Shown: positions 14,101 through 26,268, numbered from the whole stretch's first letter. The stretch: 63,293 nt of DNA, filler included, from Pelomyxa schiedti (GCA_020536535.1; 3 parts of 3 records of this genome joined end to end with filler, not necessarily neighbours in it), one strand, 5' to 3'. Program-made: numbers and translations. The notes: generated from the letters alone by a model not told the origin.

Positions 14101-17100
14101 ATGCTTTCATTTAAAACATACCTTCTTCTAGATTGGAGTCCAGTTGATTGATGGACGAGAACTTGAGAAAACCTGCTCCATTGTTCCTTTCAAGGTTGCA
14201 CCGGTAGGTTGCATCTGAGTCTAAACTTAAAATCAGGTCATGCATGGAACTTGTTACGACTTTCCCAAGCCCTCCCAGGTTGACCTGCGACAAACAGCTT
14301 TTTCATCAGTGAGCACAAATGAAAAAGTTCCTGAATTCAGTGATGAAATTAAGGTTCACCCACACTTCACTCAGTTCATACCATGACACCACTCAGATAA
14401 GTTTGCCTGCCGATCTATCTCATCACACACTCCTCTTCACATTTTATAATGTCACTCCAAAACCCAAGATAAAGGTATTTATTAACTTGATTTGATTTGC
14501 AGATATTAATGCATGCAAACAAGACAATTTTTGGATATTCCCGACTTCGACTGTTCAATGAAGAGAAGTAACCGTGCTATTTTACAGTAAACAAAAAATC
14601 AACACCTTCAAGGAACACAATTCTGAAAAACGGAAGACACAAACTTCCTGTCGCCAAATCGTTGGTGGAACTTGTTAATATGGTGTGATGTGCCAGGTTT
14701 TCAACTTTCAAACTGACCACGTTCGCTCAGACAGAAGACACCTTAGACATAGCTGCAGATACGAAGGTGAAAAATTTCTTTTCTGTGCATACAGAAGTTG
14801 TCAGCAGTATTTATACAACTAATGAAAACCTTGCACGTCTCATAAGAGGAGTGTGGCGTAATTCTGCCCTGTTAAAAGATAATATTCGCGCTTCATCGGA
14901 ATTGGTATGTGTGTATTCTCATAAACTGACACCTTACCTTCTTCATCACAGGAATATGCGAACATCATTGCCGACGTACCTATCTACAGGTGATTCTTTT
15001 TCGTGACTTGATAGATAGGTTCCGCCAGAAGCCTGTATCATGCTTTTCCCTTTCTTAATGTCGACTATTCTCAACATAATGAGTACCGGGAGTGATGTTG
15101 GTAGACATGCAGCCTTCAGAGCACTGATGGTTTTACTCCCCAAGTGCGAAGTTCTCTTTTCATATCCTGCCTGATTATCAACAATCCAAACAATACAGAA
15201 TCACCAAGCAACTTCACCCCAAGTCCGAAACTGAGCTCCTCGATCATTATGTTAAATTTGTCTTCGACCCAATGAGACCACCAATCATCCACCCCTATCA
15301 CGAGACTCTTGCCCGCCACTGGCGTGAAGTTTTAGATTGTTCAACTCACAATCTCCAAGAGAAGAGTGGGAGTTCTGCCGATGCTGTGGAATGTGGTGCA
15401 AGCAATCTGACGTGGTTTCTTTTTGAGATGATCGCAAAAAGTGCGGCGGTCTGGGCATATGCAAATAACAAACTTTGTATGTTAAACTTCGCTAATTAAA
15501 AGGATTACTAAATCAATTCAGGCACCGATAATCGAGCTGAACGATTCCCAAGTGATTTCAGTGACAATGTCTGTAAAGTGATTGTCCAAGTCGTGCAGAA
15601 CTTTCTTCTTCAGTTCACCACAGGCTCTATTGATGCTGGTACCAATGTACTCCAGAACATCCGTAGTATTCCTGTTTTCATCAACAATATGTTCCCTCTC
15701 ATTGACAGAGGCCTGTTGATCAATGCTGTACGTACGCCCACTTTTCGCATGCCATGGCATCCTTACCATTCCCATTCACATAGCTCGTACGGTGTGTGAG
15801 AGGAATCGATCCGTTAAATAATGACGCCCCTGTTATCGAATTATTCAAGATGACAATTTTGAGGGGTGTTGCTGACTACGAGCACTATTTGCCCCTGAAT
15901 CTGCCAGTTTTGTATGACTCTGATTTTGTCAATTCGCCTGAGGGTCTGGAGACTGTATTTTGGTTCTTCCTCAATTTTTCTCGGGCTGCTCACACATTTC
16001 CTTAGGAACAGGCACCCCATTGCAGGTTTGATTTTGAATGAAGTTCAGTCCTGCATTTCCAAGTCATATTCGATAAGAGATCAGGTATTTTTTTATTTTT
16101 TGTCTTTCTTTGTGCTATGGCTTTTTTTAATTAAATGCGTCTGTAGGCTCTGAAAACTTTGAAAGCACTCTTTCTCAAGCATCAGACTGATCGTCGGTAT
16201 TGCCAAAGTGAGCAACAGAAGTTGATTGCAACGATATACTTCCCCCTGATCCTTTCTGTAATACCTTTCTTTCCTCTCTTCATCTGATAGTTCTCATTTG
16301 ATGCAGGCACTTTCAAATGACGAAATTATTTCCAAATTTGAACCTGTTCACAAGCACGAGTATCTCATTTGCGCTTTCTATGTGCTCAAGAACGTACAAC
16401 GCTCTTTGTTGAAATCCTGGTGGTCCAGAGACACGGAGAAACGCAACACACAATTTCTTGAGTTGATATGGAGCTGCATAAAATATTTGGTACTGATTTT
16501 TAATTAAGACGGGTGTCACAGAAATTAAACAACAAAAAGGAACAACCCACTTTGAATGACGTATTGGCTGTGGCAGTGAAAATATGCCAAGAGTACACGA
16601 CTGACAGACACGACTTTCTCAAGAGCTGTCGAACTCCTGTTTTCGGACTGCTGAGTGTGCTTACAAGTGTTTTAGAGCGGACCCCTGCTGACCAAGTTCT
16701 ACGTCAGTTATTTATTCGATTAGCTAACGATGTGTTAAGATGTCGGTAGTGCAACAAGCTTGTCAAGTGCTACGTCAGTTCTTGATTCGCTTAGCTAATG
16801 ATGCGTTCAGATGTCAGTAGTGCAACAAACGTTTGGAGTCCTGGATCTCATTGTTGAAAGCTATGGCCATCAAATTTTTGTTCCGGAAGGAAACTCGTAC
16901 AACACTTCATGTAAACAACCAAAAGATTTCACCTTCTGCAAAGATACTGTGAACTACTTTGCAATAAATTGCTCAATTTTATGAATGGTGCTCACAACTC
17001 CGAATTCCTTATCCCAGCAAGCGAACTCTTTCGGAAGATGCTAATTGTATCATTGTTGCTTCAAGTCCAACTTCTCTCACAAAAATACAGCAAAACTTCC

Positions 17101-19094
17101 AACAAACTGGTGACATGCACATAATGAAAATACAAACAATTGTGGCCGCTGCTCGCCTCCTTGCATTGCAGCAGGACTCCCAACAGCTGTTGGTGCTGCA
17201 AGTGTTGGAACATATTGAAAATGTGATTGATCGCCGTGCTCCCGACTATGTTGACAATCCCTCGGAATTCAAAGATAATGCAAAAGAAGTCACCATCAGA
17301 CTCAAAGCCCTATTTAGGTACCCTAAACTGTAACGTCTCTTCTTCTGACCAGGCTAATTTTAGGTACTGGGGCCAAGTCCGCAGTAGAAAGCACCCAGAG
17401 TCGCAGGTGAAATTATTTTTGCAAGCTGTGATGAGCTACAACGACAAGCCAGACTTACTGATCGCCTACTTAGAGGGCTGTAGCTCAAAGAAGCATCTCA
17501 GAGTGGTACGGTGTTTACCATGGAACGTGTCCTCCCAAAAACAATTACATTTAGCTCCATCATTGGGAGGAAGCGGCACAATGCCAAATAATGATAGCGT
17601 ATCTCATTTCCCAGTACCTCATCTTGGAGAACCGGTAAGTGCACTTATTTGGCAGTTGACGATGAGTCAATTCCCCATAGTTTGGTCACCCCAAATCTTT
17701 CTGCAATGGACGGACTGGTGAAAGGGATAATGGGATGCCAGGTTCTTCTGTATACCTCCACATTTTCTTCATAACAGAAAATGCCACAGAAAAACGCGAA
17801 GTTGTGGTGCGAGAAGTCAATGATTGATTCCCTCAAGAAAGCAGTAAGATACTTGGAAAAGGTGAGCACATTCTCTTTGTGAGCCCTTTATCCTTTGTTA
17901 TAACTTTAAAAAGGTGAACATATATGAGCTATTCATTGAAACAAATCCCCTTTTGAGCACCCGGCACAAGAGGGAGAAAAAATGTCCCCTGAGAGAACTG
18001 ACTTGTGAAAGGGGAGATGAATGGTATTGTGTGCACTCAGGTGTATTGGAGCCAAAGTCAGCTGTGACAGCCCCGCTCATCCTCCTTCCCAAACTCAGGG
18101 AAATACTCGGTGAAGAGGAAGTTCACCCCACCAACGCGATTATGACTTTGGGACATCTGTTTGCAACACTCATCGAAAAAGGGAACGGGACCACATCTGT
18201 GCTTGATGAGGTGATTCCAAACATCTTGAGGGTGAAGATTCTGCTGGATGTTGCCCTGGAACTCCAGTCTCTTCACCAGCAAAGCCCCCCTGTTGCCCAC
18301 GGCAAAATTTGCCCAGGTTTGTTGAAACCACACAGTCAAAAACAAAAAAAAAAAAAATCCAGTGGGGACTCAAAATAACGCACCAATAACAGATAACATC
18401 CTTGTGTTATCTCTGGACATCAACCGTGGCCCATGGGCAAAGGTTCCTCCCACACCCACCCAAACACCTTCCTTGTCTCAACTTGAAACCAGATAAAGAA
18501 GGATTCCGACAGCTCATGGACAATACTATTTGACAGTATCAGAATGCCGGAATCGGCAGCAGTTTCACTGGCTGACATGAACTTCCTTGCGCCGGAGGTT
18601 CTTCCGCACTTGCCCTTTGACACACCGGCCGATATTTGGAGCTTCGGTAACAGATGTTATTTCTTTTTCCTGCTCCTTCCTCATCATTTTTTTCAGGAAT
18701 GACTTTTTCGATGGTAATGGACCCCCTGAAGCGACCATACACGCACCTCACATCATCACACCACCACGAATATCTGTGGTCCACCAACTACAACGCCAAC
18801 AGCACCACCAGCACAACAACAAGCACCGCTGCCGCATCCCATAATAACAATGACAACAACAACACGAGCGGGGATTACCGGCTCGTTCCCAACCCCCTTG
18901 TGGCTGGCTGTCGCCTCCTCATGGGTGAAATCGCGCCGTCACCATTCGCATCAACCCACAATGGAGATGTGTGTCGCCGGCTGGGGCAACAGATAGCATC
19001 CCTCTGTTTGAAAAGCAACCCATGTGACAGGGCCAAAATCACTGACCTCACCACAATCTGGGGCTATTTCCTGTGGCCACCCTCGTCACCATAG
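11169..19094 (+). CDS. DOCK-C/D (zizimin-like) GEF with Pro-rich N-terminus and C1 domain, DHR-2 truncated and fused to a Roco-type pseudokinase
   Basis: C1 HDFVPHTY..CHVC..WGLTKQGLCC..CKLDVHQGC; KVSEDFHFH; DHR-1 YVNDLYVYPE and PEFSDEIK..LPA..HTLLFTFY; start of DHR-2 (YNDKPDL..WEEAAQC..YELFIE); then kinase-like exons similar to 9750-10850. Confidence 0.65.
16693..16830 (+). repeat. Imperfect ~71-bp tandem duplication inside the DOCK gene
   Basis: caagttctacgtcagtt...gtagtgcaacaa at 16693 recurs as caagtgctacgtcagtt...gtagtgcaacaa at 16764. Confidence 0.85.
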
Positions 19095-19240
19095 ACTCAG
19101 CAACTAGCAGTCAACCAAATTGAGAACCAGGAAAAGCTTGAAAAGATTACTTTTTTGTCTATGTACTCCATTGCCGAGTGTTTTTTCTCCATTGTACCAA
19201 GGTTAGGCGAAGGTGAACGTCACATCATCGAAGCACAATT

Positions 19241-21629
19241 ATGATGACGGATTGTTACGTCGACGTTGGTGTGGCGGTCGACCCCAGGTGGCCATCGCAA
19301 CGCTCGTCGTTCTCTGCTGACCACCAACCACCCGGCTTCGAACAAAACGATGATCTCAAGAGGAAGTTATGGGACGCGAGGAAGCCCGTCATAGCTTCGA
19401 TCCTCGACACTTCCGACGACGACGAAACCACCCGACGGTTGATGCCCAATCCGCACAGCATGAGGGAATATCTAAGGGACACTACGAGCCAGAACTGCGC
19501 CACCTGGAGCGCACTCATGGGAAAGTACTACACGTGGTACCAACCCGTCAACAGGTCGGCCAAGTGGCCGAACATTCCGGAGGAGGTGCTTATGGGAATC
19601 CCCGCCGATTGTGACGTGCCCCCGGAACAAAGGGAGATGCTCGAGGGAGTGATGAAGGGGTTTTCAATGAAGAGGCCCGCCGCTTCGGCAACAACGGGGT
19701 ACAGTTATTTGTCTGAACCTGAGTTTCACAGGCCTGGCACTTCTGGGCTTCCTCCTCTCAATGTCTGTTTTGTTCTTTTTTTTTGTTTTGTATAATTATG
19801 ACTCAATTCAGTTGAATTTAATGCGCATTAAAATATACATTTTACGCATTTAATGCATAAAATAAACCGCAATCACACAACACATAGGAAGATCAAATTC
19901 AATTGGTGGAAAACAGAATCAAATGGTTCAGGCAGAAAAGGTGTGTGACTTGGGCGAGGAGCCTCATCGCTGCTGGTGTCACTCACACACTGGTTTCCAC
20001 AGCATGCAACCATGCCTGGTCAGAGTGGTATTCAGAAAAAGTCTGTGCCATCATGAAATCAACTCCAACGTGGAGGTTGATCCAAAGTGTGCAATTCTCC
20101 TCCCTCACCACAAAAAAAAAACATTGACCGTTCACACAACAGGAGTAAGCAATTTGGTTTCCCAGAGGTGCATATCGTTCCTGTGTGGAGCTCACTCTCG
20201 TGCGGGAAAGACAAGCCCTCTTTCCGTTCTGGGAGTTGATGTTCTGAGGCACATCTTGATGCTCTTTGGAAGATTCAGGTGTGGGTTCGAGGTGGATGGG
20301 ATGGAAAGGGAGCCAAGGCAAACAAATTTCGAGAAATCATTTGACCTGTCAATTGGCATGTCATACGGCAAATGGCCTCCGTTGAACCAATACGCGGTGT
20401 GCGCCTTTGGTAACTTTGACACTCAGCAGAGCCAATCTTTCATGGCACTCACCTCTCGTATGTTGCTGATTCCTCCAAACAACCCAAGCACTAATATCTC
20501 CGCATCAGTAACGTTTGCCTATTCTCTTGTTTATGAACGCGGACCGTGGAGACCTCTGGAAGAGTTCGTCTCTGCCGTTGGTTTCTCACACTTCTTTCAT
20601 CCTTTTGTTCTCTTTCTTTCGTGTAACCAGAGGCCGGAAGCGTTGGAGATCTTCAGTGTTTTGCGTTCTTGCAGAGCGTGGCCTATGCGCACACTCCACA
20701 GGAGAGGTTCATGGCCATCAGGCTGCATGAGACTCTGTTTGGCGTTTTGTCCGCCCAAGAAGAGTCAAAGGTTTGAATTTCAGTAAATGTGATAACTTTG
20801 TGCTAATCTCATCTGTGGCAGTTCAAACAGTGCTTCACCGGTGATGGCTCTGTGTTGATGGCTGATGGTTCTCACAAGTGTGTGCGATCTTTATTGCTTT
20901 ACTTCCTCCACTAACCACACACCACCATGCAGGCTTGCGGGTGAGATCCGCGTTGGAGATCGTGTGAAAACAGAATCCGGGATAAAACGGGTATCCCACG
21001 TGGAAAGGAAGGCCGTCAATGCGGAAATACCGATGTGCCGAGTCTCTGGTGTTTGTTTGACTCCAGGTCACCCCGTTTTCATTGTGTGTTTGCCCAAATT
21101 CCAAATTCCAAGTTCGCACTTAAGCACCAGAAACAACACACACAAGCAAAATCCAAAAACACCCCGGCAACACTGCCGAACTTGCACAAACAAAAACTGG
21201 CCCTTTCACACTGCACCCGGCATCTTCCGGACTTTCCCTTTCCACAAGTTCAACAACTAACTCACAAATAAAAAAAAAAGGAAGGAACGTGGAAGCACCC
21301 GTTTGAAATTGCGCCGGTCACAGCGGAGTTTGTGAGTGACCTGTTCAACTTTGAGCTGTCTGGTGGACCACTCTCTCGTGATCACTCTGTGTGGATAAAC
21401 GGCCTCCTCGTGCGTAACCTCTTGATTAGTCTTGCTCTTCCAATCCTTCTCACATTTTACTTATTTCACTCTTCATCTCATTCAGGTGTGCACACTCGGG
21501 AAAGACTGTGGAACACGGATTGTGGGAGGGTGGGCACGTGCGGATGACATGGCAGGGACTGGTTATTGGAGAAACGGTCATTCCCATTGGTCTCGTTCCT
21601 TGTCATCCCTCTTCGTTCGAAGTAATTAA
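19241..21629 (+). CDS. Uncharacterised multi-exon protein with a C-terminal Hint (Vint-type) autoprocessing domain
   Basis: Spliced C-terminus: KQ/CFTGDGSVLMADGSHK-LAGEIRVGDRV...LTPGHPVFI-EGTWKHP...DLFNFEL...VWINGLL-VCTLG; Cys1 codon at 20831. Confidence 0.8.
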
Positions 21630-21716
21630 CTTCTTCAAAGTTGGAGAGTTGCACCCAGCACGCGGAGTCACCAGTACAAGTCGAAACATTTCTCTTTTGA
21701 TTGTTTCACATAAACC

Positions 21717-22892
21717 ATGAACAGCAACGAGGCCCCGTGTACATTGAAGCGCAGCATCGCGACTCTGGATGCGTGTCAGCAGCTCCTCGCGTTTGCATGT
21801 GCGAGCCACCCACGGTGCGGAGCCACCAGCCCCGCGCGGGCCCTGTGGCTCCACGGCCCGTCCCTGGCGATCGCGGTGCGCGACGCGTGCTGCGTGAGGG
21901 GGAGGACGAGCCCGCGTGGTGCCCCCGGTCGTGGAGCTCCACAGAGGCTGTGCCTTGTCGTGATGAGGAGCGGGCTGGTCACGTTTGGGATCTCCCCTGT
22001 TTTGCTTGGTGTCACCCACGATCCTGCTGTGACGCAGTTCAATTTTTTTGAGGCACTCGTTGGTTGCGACCGTGTACTGAAAATAGACGAGAGTGGGGAC
22101 TTCGCGCTGTTTGACAGGGATTGTGGGACCCTGGCCAGGGTTGTACTGAGGAGGGCAGATTGGGGTTCACGGGGCTATTTTCCTCATGGTGTCAGCAACA
22201 ACGAGAGGTGGCTGATGTGGTGCACAGAGGGAAAGATTGTGGTTTTTGACCTGTGCTGTGATGAGCCAAGGGAATCGAGGGTGACTGTGAGTGATACTTT
22301 CTCAAAAAGAGAGCTGCACTTCATTTGGTCAAAGTACATCCTCGACGAGGTTGTTCTCATTGTTAAAGATCGTGCTGAGGGCTCAACAAAGTTTGTCAGT
22401 GTCAGTGTTGAGAGGACCTTCACTGAGAAACGCCTGTGTGTCTTGAGTGTGACTTCAGTTCCAATTGAGGATGTCTCAGGTGTGCATGATTTTTATCATG
22501 GAACCCTGCACATGAAGGGCTCAGATGTTGAGTGTGTGGTGGTTAACAATGGCTATGGTGTTGTTCACGTCGCTCTGCCCAGTGGAAAACTGCAGTACCT
22601 CACAAGGGAGTCCTGTTCACTGTCACAGTTGAACAAGCACCAGTTCTGCATTCAGTCATTCCCACGAGGGCGACCACCATTGTTTGAGGTGTGGGACTGC
22701 CGCAACGTGACAGCACCACTGAGTTCCATTGAGAGCCCTGACCACACTGGTGTTGTTGGGGGGTCAGGGTTCCTGTTTTCCACAACAGATGACACACTGA
22801 CTGTGACAGAGGCATCCTCTGGGTTCCTCATTCTCACCCTCTCCCTCAGTGTGCAACACGTCATGATCTTCCAGGCCCGTTCTTACTTGTGA
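21717..22892 (+). CDS. HPRCG-motif family protein, subfamily B copy 1 (intronless)
   Basis: 391-aa ORF; QQLLAFACASHPRCGATSPAR; C-terminal LSQLN..FCI..EVWDC..GGSGFLF. Confidence 0.85.
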   Translation: MNSNEAPCTLKRSIATLDACQQLLAFACASHPRCGATSPARALWLHGPSLAIAVRDACCVRGRTSPRGAPGRGAPQRLCLVVMRSGLVTFGISPVLLGVTHDPAVTQFNFFEALVGCDRVLKIDESGDFALFDRDCGTLARVVLRRADWGSRGYFPHGVSNNERWLMWCTEGKIVVFDLCCDEPRESRVTVSDTFSKRELHFIWSKYILDEVVLIVKDRAEGSTKFVSVSVERTFTEKRLCVLSVTSVPIEDVSGVHDFYHGTLHMKGSDVECVVVNNGYGVVHVALPSGKLQYLTRESCSLSQLNKHQFCIQSFPRGRPPLFEVWDCRNVTAPLSSIESPDHTGVVGGSGFLFSTTDDTLTVTEASSGFLILTLSLSVQHVMIFQARSYL

Positions 22893-22989
22893 GTGAACTT
22901 GGTTGGAGTACACATAAAAAGAAGTTTGGTGAACATTCCTGTTTTCACACAACAAAAAAGTTCCCCGCACGGTCATCTTCCCGGATCAC

Positions 22990-23170
22990 CACCACAATCG
23001 GCGACTCTGCGTGGGTACGACCAGATGACTGCGTTTGCTGCCGCGAGCCCCCTGTGGCTCCACGGCCAGTTCGTCGTCAAGTCTCTCCACCGCGCCTGCT
23101 GCTGCGCTTGCGCCACCGCCCCTGTGCGTGCTGGTGTTGGTGTTGGTGTTGGTGTTGTGTGTGGGTGATG
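22990..23170 (+). pseudogene. Degenerate 5' relic of the HPRCG family
   Basis: YDQMTAFAAASPLWLHGQFVVKSLHRACC resembles the family N-terminus with the HPRCG core deleted. Confidence 0.5.
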
Positions 23171-23252
23171 GTTGTGGTGGAACTAGCGTGGTCCGTGGGC
23201 GCCGTGTGATGCTAAAGCGTGAACATTTCTCTTTCATTGTTTCACATAAACC

Positions 23253-24428
23253 ATGAACAGCAACGAGGCCCCGTGTACGTTGGAGCGCAGCATCGCGACT
23301 CTGGGTGCGTGTCAGCAGCTCCTCGCGTTTGCATGTGCGAGCCACCCACGGTGCGGAGCCACCAGCCCCGCGCGGGCCCTGTGGCTCCACGGCCCGTCCC
23401 TGGCGATCGCGGTGCGCGACGCGTGCTGCGTGAGGGGGAGGACGAGCCCGCGTGGTGCCCTCGGTCGTGGAGCTCCACAGAGGCCGTGCCTCGTGGTGCT
23501 GAGGTGCGGGCTGGTCACGTTTGGGATCTCCCCGGTTTTGCTTGGCGTCACCCACGATCCCGCCGTCGTGCCGCAGGTCAATTTCTTTGAGGCACTCGTT
23601 GGTTGCGACCGCGTACTGAAAATAAGCGAGAGAGGGGACCTCGTGCTGTTTGACAGGGATTGTGGGACGACCAGGGTTGTACTGAGGGGGGCAGACTGGG
23701 GTTCACGGGGCTATCTTCCTCATGGTGTCAGCAACAACGAGAGGTGGCTGATGTGGCGCACAGAGGGAAAGATTGTGGTGTTTGACCTGTGCTGTGATGA
23801 GCCAAGGGAATCGAGGGTGACTGTGAGTGATACTTTCCCAAAAAGAGAGCCGCACTTCATTTGGTCAAAGTACATCCTCGACGAGGTTGTGCTCATTGTT
23901 ACAGATCATGCTGAGGGCTCAACAAAGTTTGTCAGTGTCGATGTTGAGAGGACCTTCACTGAGAAACGCCTGTGTGTCTTGAGTGTGACTTCAGTTCCAA
24001 TTGAGGATGTCTCAGGCCTGTATGATTTCTATCATGGAACCCTGCACATGAAGGGCTCAGGTGTTGAGTGTGTGGTGGTTAACAATGGCTATGGCGTTGT
24101 TCACGTCGCTCTGCCAGGTGGAAAACCGCAGTACCTCAGAATGGAGCCCCCTTCACTGTCACAGTTGAACAGGCACCAGTTTTGCATTCAGTCATTCCCA
24201 CGAGGGCGACCACCATTGTTTGAGGTGTGGGACTGCCGCAACGTGACAGCACCACTGAGTTCCATTGAGACCCCCGAAGACTTTTCTGTTTTTGGGGGGT
24301 CAGGGTTCCTGTTTTCCACAACGAAGGGCACACTGACTGTGACAGAGGCATCCTCTGGGTTCCTCGTTCTCACCCTCTCCTTCAGTGTACAACACGTCAT
24401 GATAAACCAGGCCCGTTCTTACTTGTGA
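23253..24428 (+). CDS. HPRCG-motif family protein, subfamily B copy 2 (tandem duplicate)
   Basis: 391 aa, near-identical to 21717-22892 including the upstream sequence. Confidence 0.85.
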   Translation: MNSNEAPCTLERSIATLGACQQLLAFACASHPRCGATSPARALWLHGPSLAIAVRDACCVRGRTSPRGALGRGAPQRPCLVVLRCGLVTFGISPVLLGVTHDPAVVPQVNFFEALVGCDRVLKISERGDLVLFDRDCGTTRVVLRGADWGSRGYLPHGVSNNERWLMWRTEGKIVVFDLCCDEPRESRVTVSDTFPKREPHFIWSKYILDEVVLIVTDHAEGSTKFVSVDVERTFTEKRLCVLSVTSVPIEDVSGLYDFYHGTLHMKGSGVECVVVNNGYGVVHVALPGGKPQYLRMEPPSLSQLNRHQFCIQSFPRGRPPLFEVWDCRNVTAPLSSIETPEDFSVFGGSGFLFSTTKGTLTVTEASSGFLVLTLSFSVQHVMINQARSYL

Positions 24429-24914
24429 GCGCACTCGCAAGTAAGGCGACACCTAGTGCCTTTATAAGGCGGGGACAACGCCGTTGTAGGCACACGCTAA
24501 AGTAATAAACATGCCCATGTCGGCAGCTCTTCCCGGATCACCACCGAGACTTATGCATGTGCCGCAGTGCTGCTGGTGTTGGTATCGGTGGGGGTGGTGG
24601 CTGTGGAACTGGAGTGCTCCGTGGAAGGTGTGTGAAATTCTTTCCATGGAAACGGGCATCTTGTCACAACTGAGCAGGTCATTGCGTGCACGCTCCAAGT
24701 GTTTATACCCTGGAAATCATTGTCAATCGGCCTCTCTTTTCTTTGAAACATCACACAACGGGTGACAATGGTGCCCCATTGTCGTGAAAATCTGGTGACA
24801 GGCCTAAATGGCTCTGAAAACCGCGGCATATTTTCTTTTTGAAGTCTTATAAAGTTAAAACACTTCCACTTTAAGAAATGCACAAGAGAACTCTCAGCAG
24901 AGTAGCACTGGTGG

Positions 24915-26120
24915 TCACAAATAAGAGTGGTCCTTGTGTATTGTGATGTGTGAACTGAGGGAGAGGGTGAGAATAAGTAACCCAGAGGATGCCTCTGTCA
25001 CAGTCAGTGTGTCTTGTGCTGTGGAAAACAGGAACCCTGACCCCCCCAAAACAGAAAAGTCTTCGGGGGTCTCAATGGAACTCAGTGGAGCTGTCACGTT
25101 GCGGCAGTCCCACACCTCAAACAATGGTGACAGCTGCCTTGGAAATGACTGAATGCAGAACTGGTGCCTGTTCAACTGCGACAGGGAACAGAACCCCCTT
25201 TTCAGGTACTGCAGTTTTCCACCTGGCAGGGCGATATGAACAATGCCAAATACATTGTCGCCCACAACACACTCCACACCTTCTGCCTCTTCTCCCTTCA
25301 TGTGCAATGCGTCTCCGACGGATTCATATGTATGACCTGCAGGGAGCTTGTCACTTCGAACTGAAGTCGTGATGCACAGGCGTTTCTCCGTGAAGGTCCT
25401 CGAAACGTTGACAGTGATAATATTTGCTGAGCACGCACCTTCCGGAACAAGGAGAACAACCTCGTCGAGGATGTACTTCGACCAAATGCAGTGTGCCGCT
25501 CTCCCAGAGACAGTATCACTCACAGTCACCCTCGATTCCCTTGGCTCATCGCACCACAGGTCAAACACCACAATCTTTCCCTCTGTGCATAAAATCATCC
25601 ACCTCTCGTTGTTGGTGATGCGCCAAAGCGCATCTGGTTTAGCCCAGTCTTCCCTCTTCATGACAACCTTGGCCGCCGTCCCACAGTCGAGTTTTGGCGG
25701 CACCCGCCTGTCGCACAGCACCAGATCCCTGCCCGCGTACTCGCGGCACCTCAAAACGCGGTCGCAGCCAACCAACCAGTCCGTCACCCCGCGACACCAC
25801 TCGGTCACAGCCGCGCCGCGAGTGACACCGAGCAAAACAGGCGAGATCCCAAACGTGATGAGGCCGTACCTCGTGGTGAGGCAGAACCCCTGCACGCCGG
25901 CGCCGCCGCCACAACCGGGATCACGGCGCACGCTCGCCTCTCTCACGCAACAGGCGTCGCGGACCGCGATCGCCAGGGACGGGCCGTGGAGCCACAGCGA
26001 CCGCGCTGCGCTGGTGGCTCCGCACCGCGGGTGGCTCGCACACGCGAACGCGAGGAGCTGTTGCCGCGCATCCAGATTCGCCACGCTGCCCGTCAACGCG
26101 AATGCCCTGTTGCGACGCAT
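24915..26120 (-). CDS. HPRCG-motif family protein, subfamily B copy 3
   Basis: 401-aa intronless ORF with the same motifs. Confidence 0.85.
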   Translation of the reverse strand: MRRNRAFALTGSVANLDARQQLLAFACASHPRCGATSAARSLWLHGPSLAIAVRDACCVREASVRRDPGCGGGAGVQGFCLTTRYGLITFGISPVLLGVTRGAAVTEWCRGVTDWLVGCDRVLRCREYAGRDLVLCDRRVPPKLDCGTAAKVVMKREDWAKPDALWRITNNERWMILCTEGKIVVFDLWCDEPRESRVTVSDTVSGRAAHCIWSKYILDEVVLLVPEGACSANIITVNVSRTFTEKRLCITTSVRSDKLPAGHTYESVGDALHMKGEEAEGVECVVGDNVFGIVHIALPGGKLQYLKRGFCSLSQLNRHQFCIQSFPRQLSPLFEVWDCRNVTAPLSSIETPEDFSVLGGSGFLFSTAQDTLTVTEASSGLLILTLSLSSHITIHKDHSYL

Positions 26121-26268
26121 AATAAAAAAACTTTAATAAAGAAACTTTTTTTCTTGCGAATGTGATGATGGAGGGATCACAACAAAGCACGTGCGAGAGC
26201 AATTCTCCTCACATCTCTTTGAAGGACAGAAAAATTGTTTGTGGGTTACACACAGGGGGATGTTGACA

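Noticed and set aside
19817-19832. 16-bp palindrome TTTAATGCGCATTAAA in an intron
   Set aside because: AT-rich and single copy; plausible by chance
19930-20040. RCVTWA...NHAWSEWYS resembling a transglutaminase/PNGase C-H pattern
   Set aside because: No third catalytic Asp and the spacing is short; not supportable without a profile search
20831-21629. Possible true intein
   Set aside because: No terminal His-Asn followed by Cys/Ser/Thr and no C-extein; fits a cleavage-type Hint/Vint
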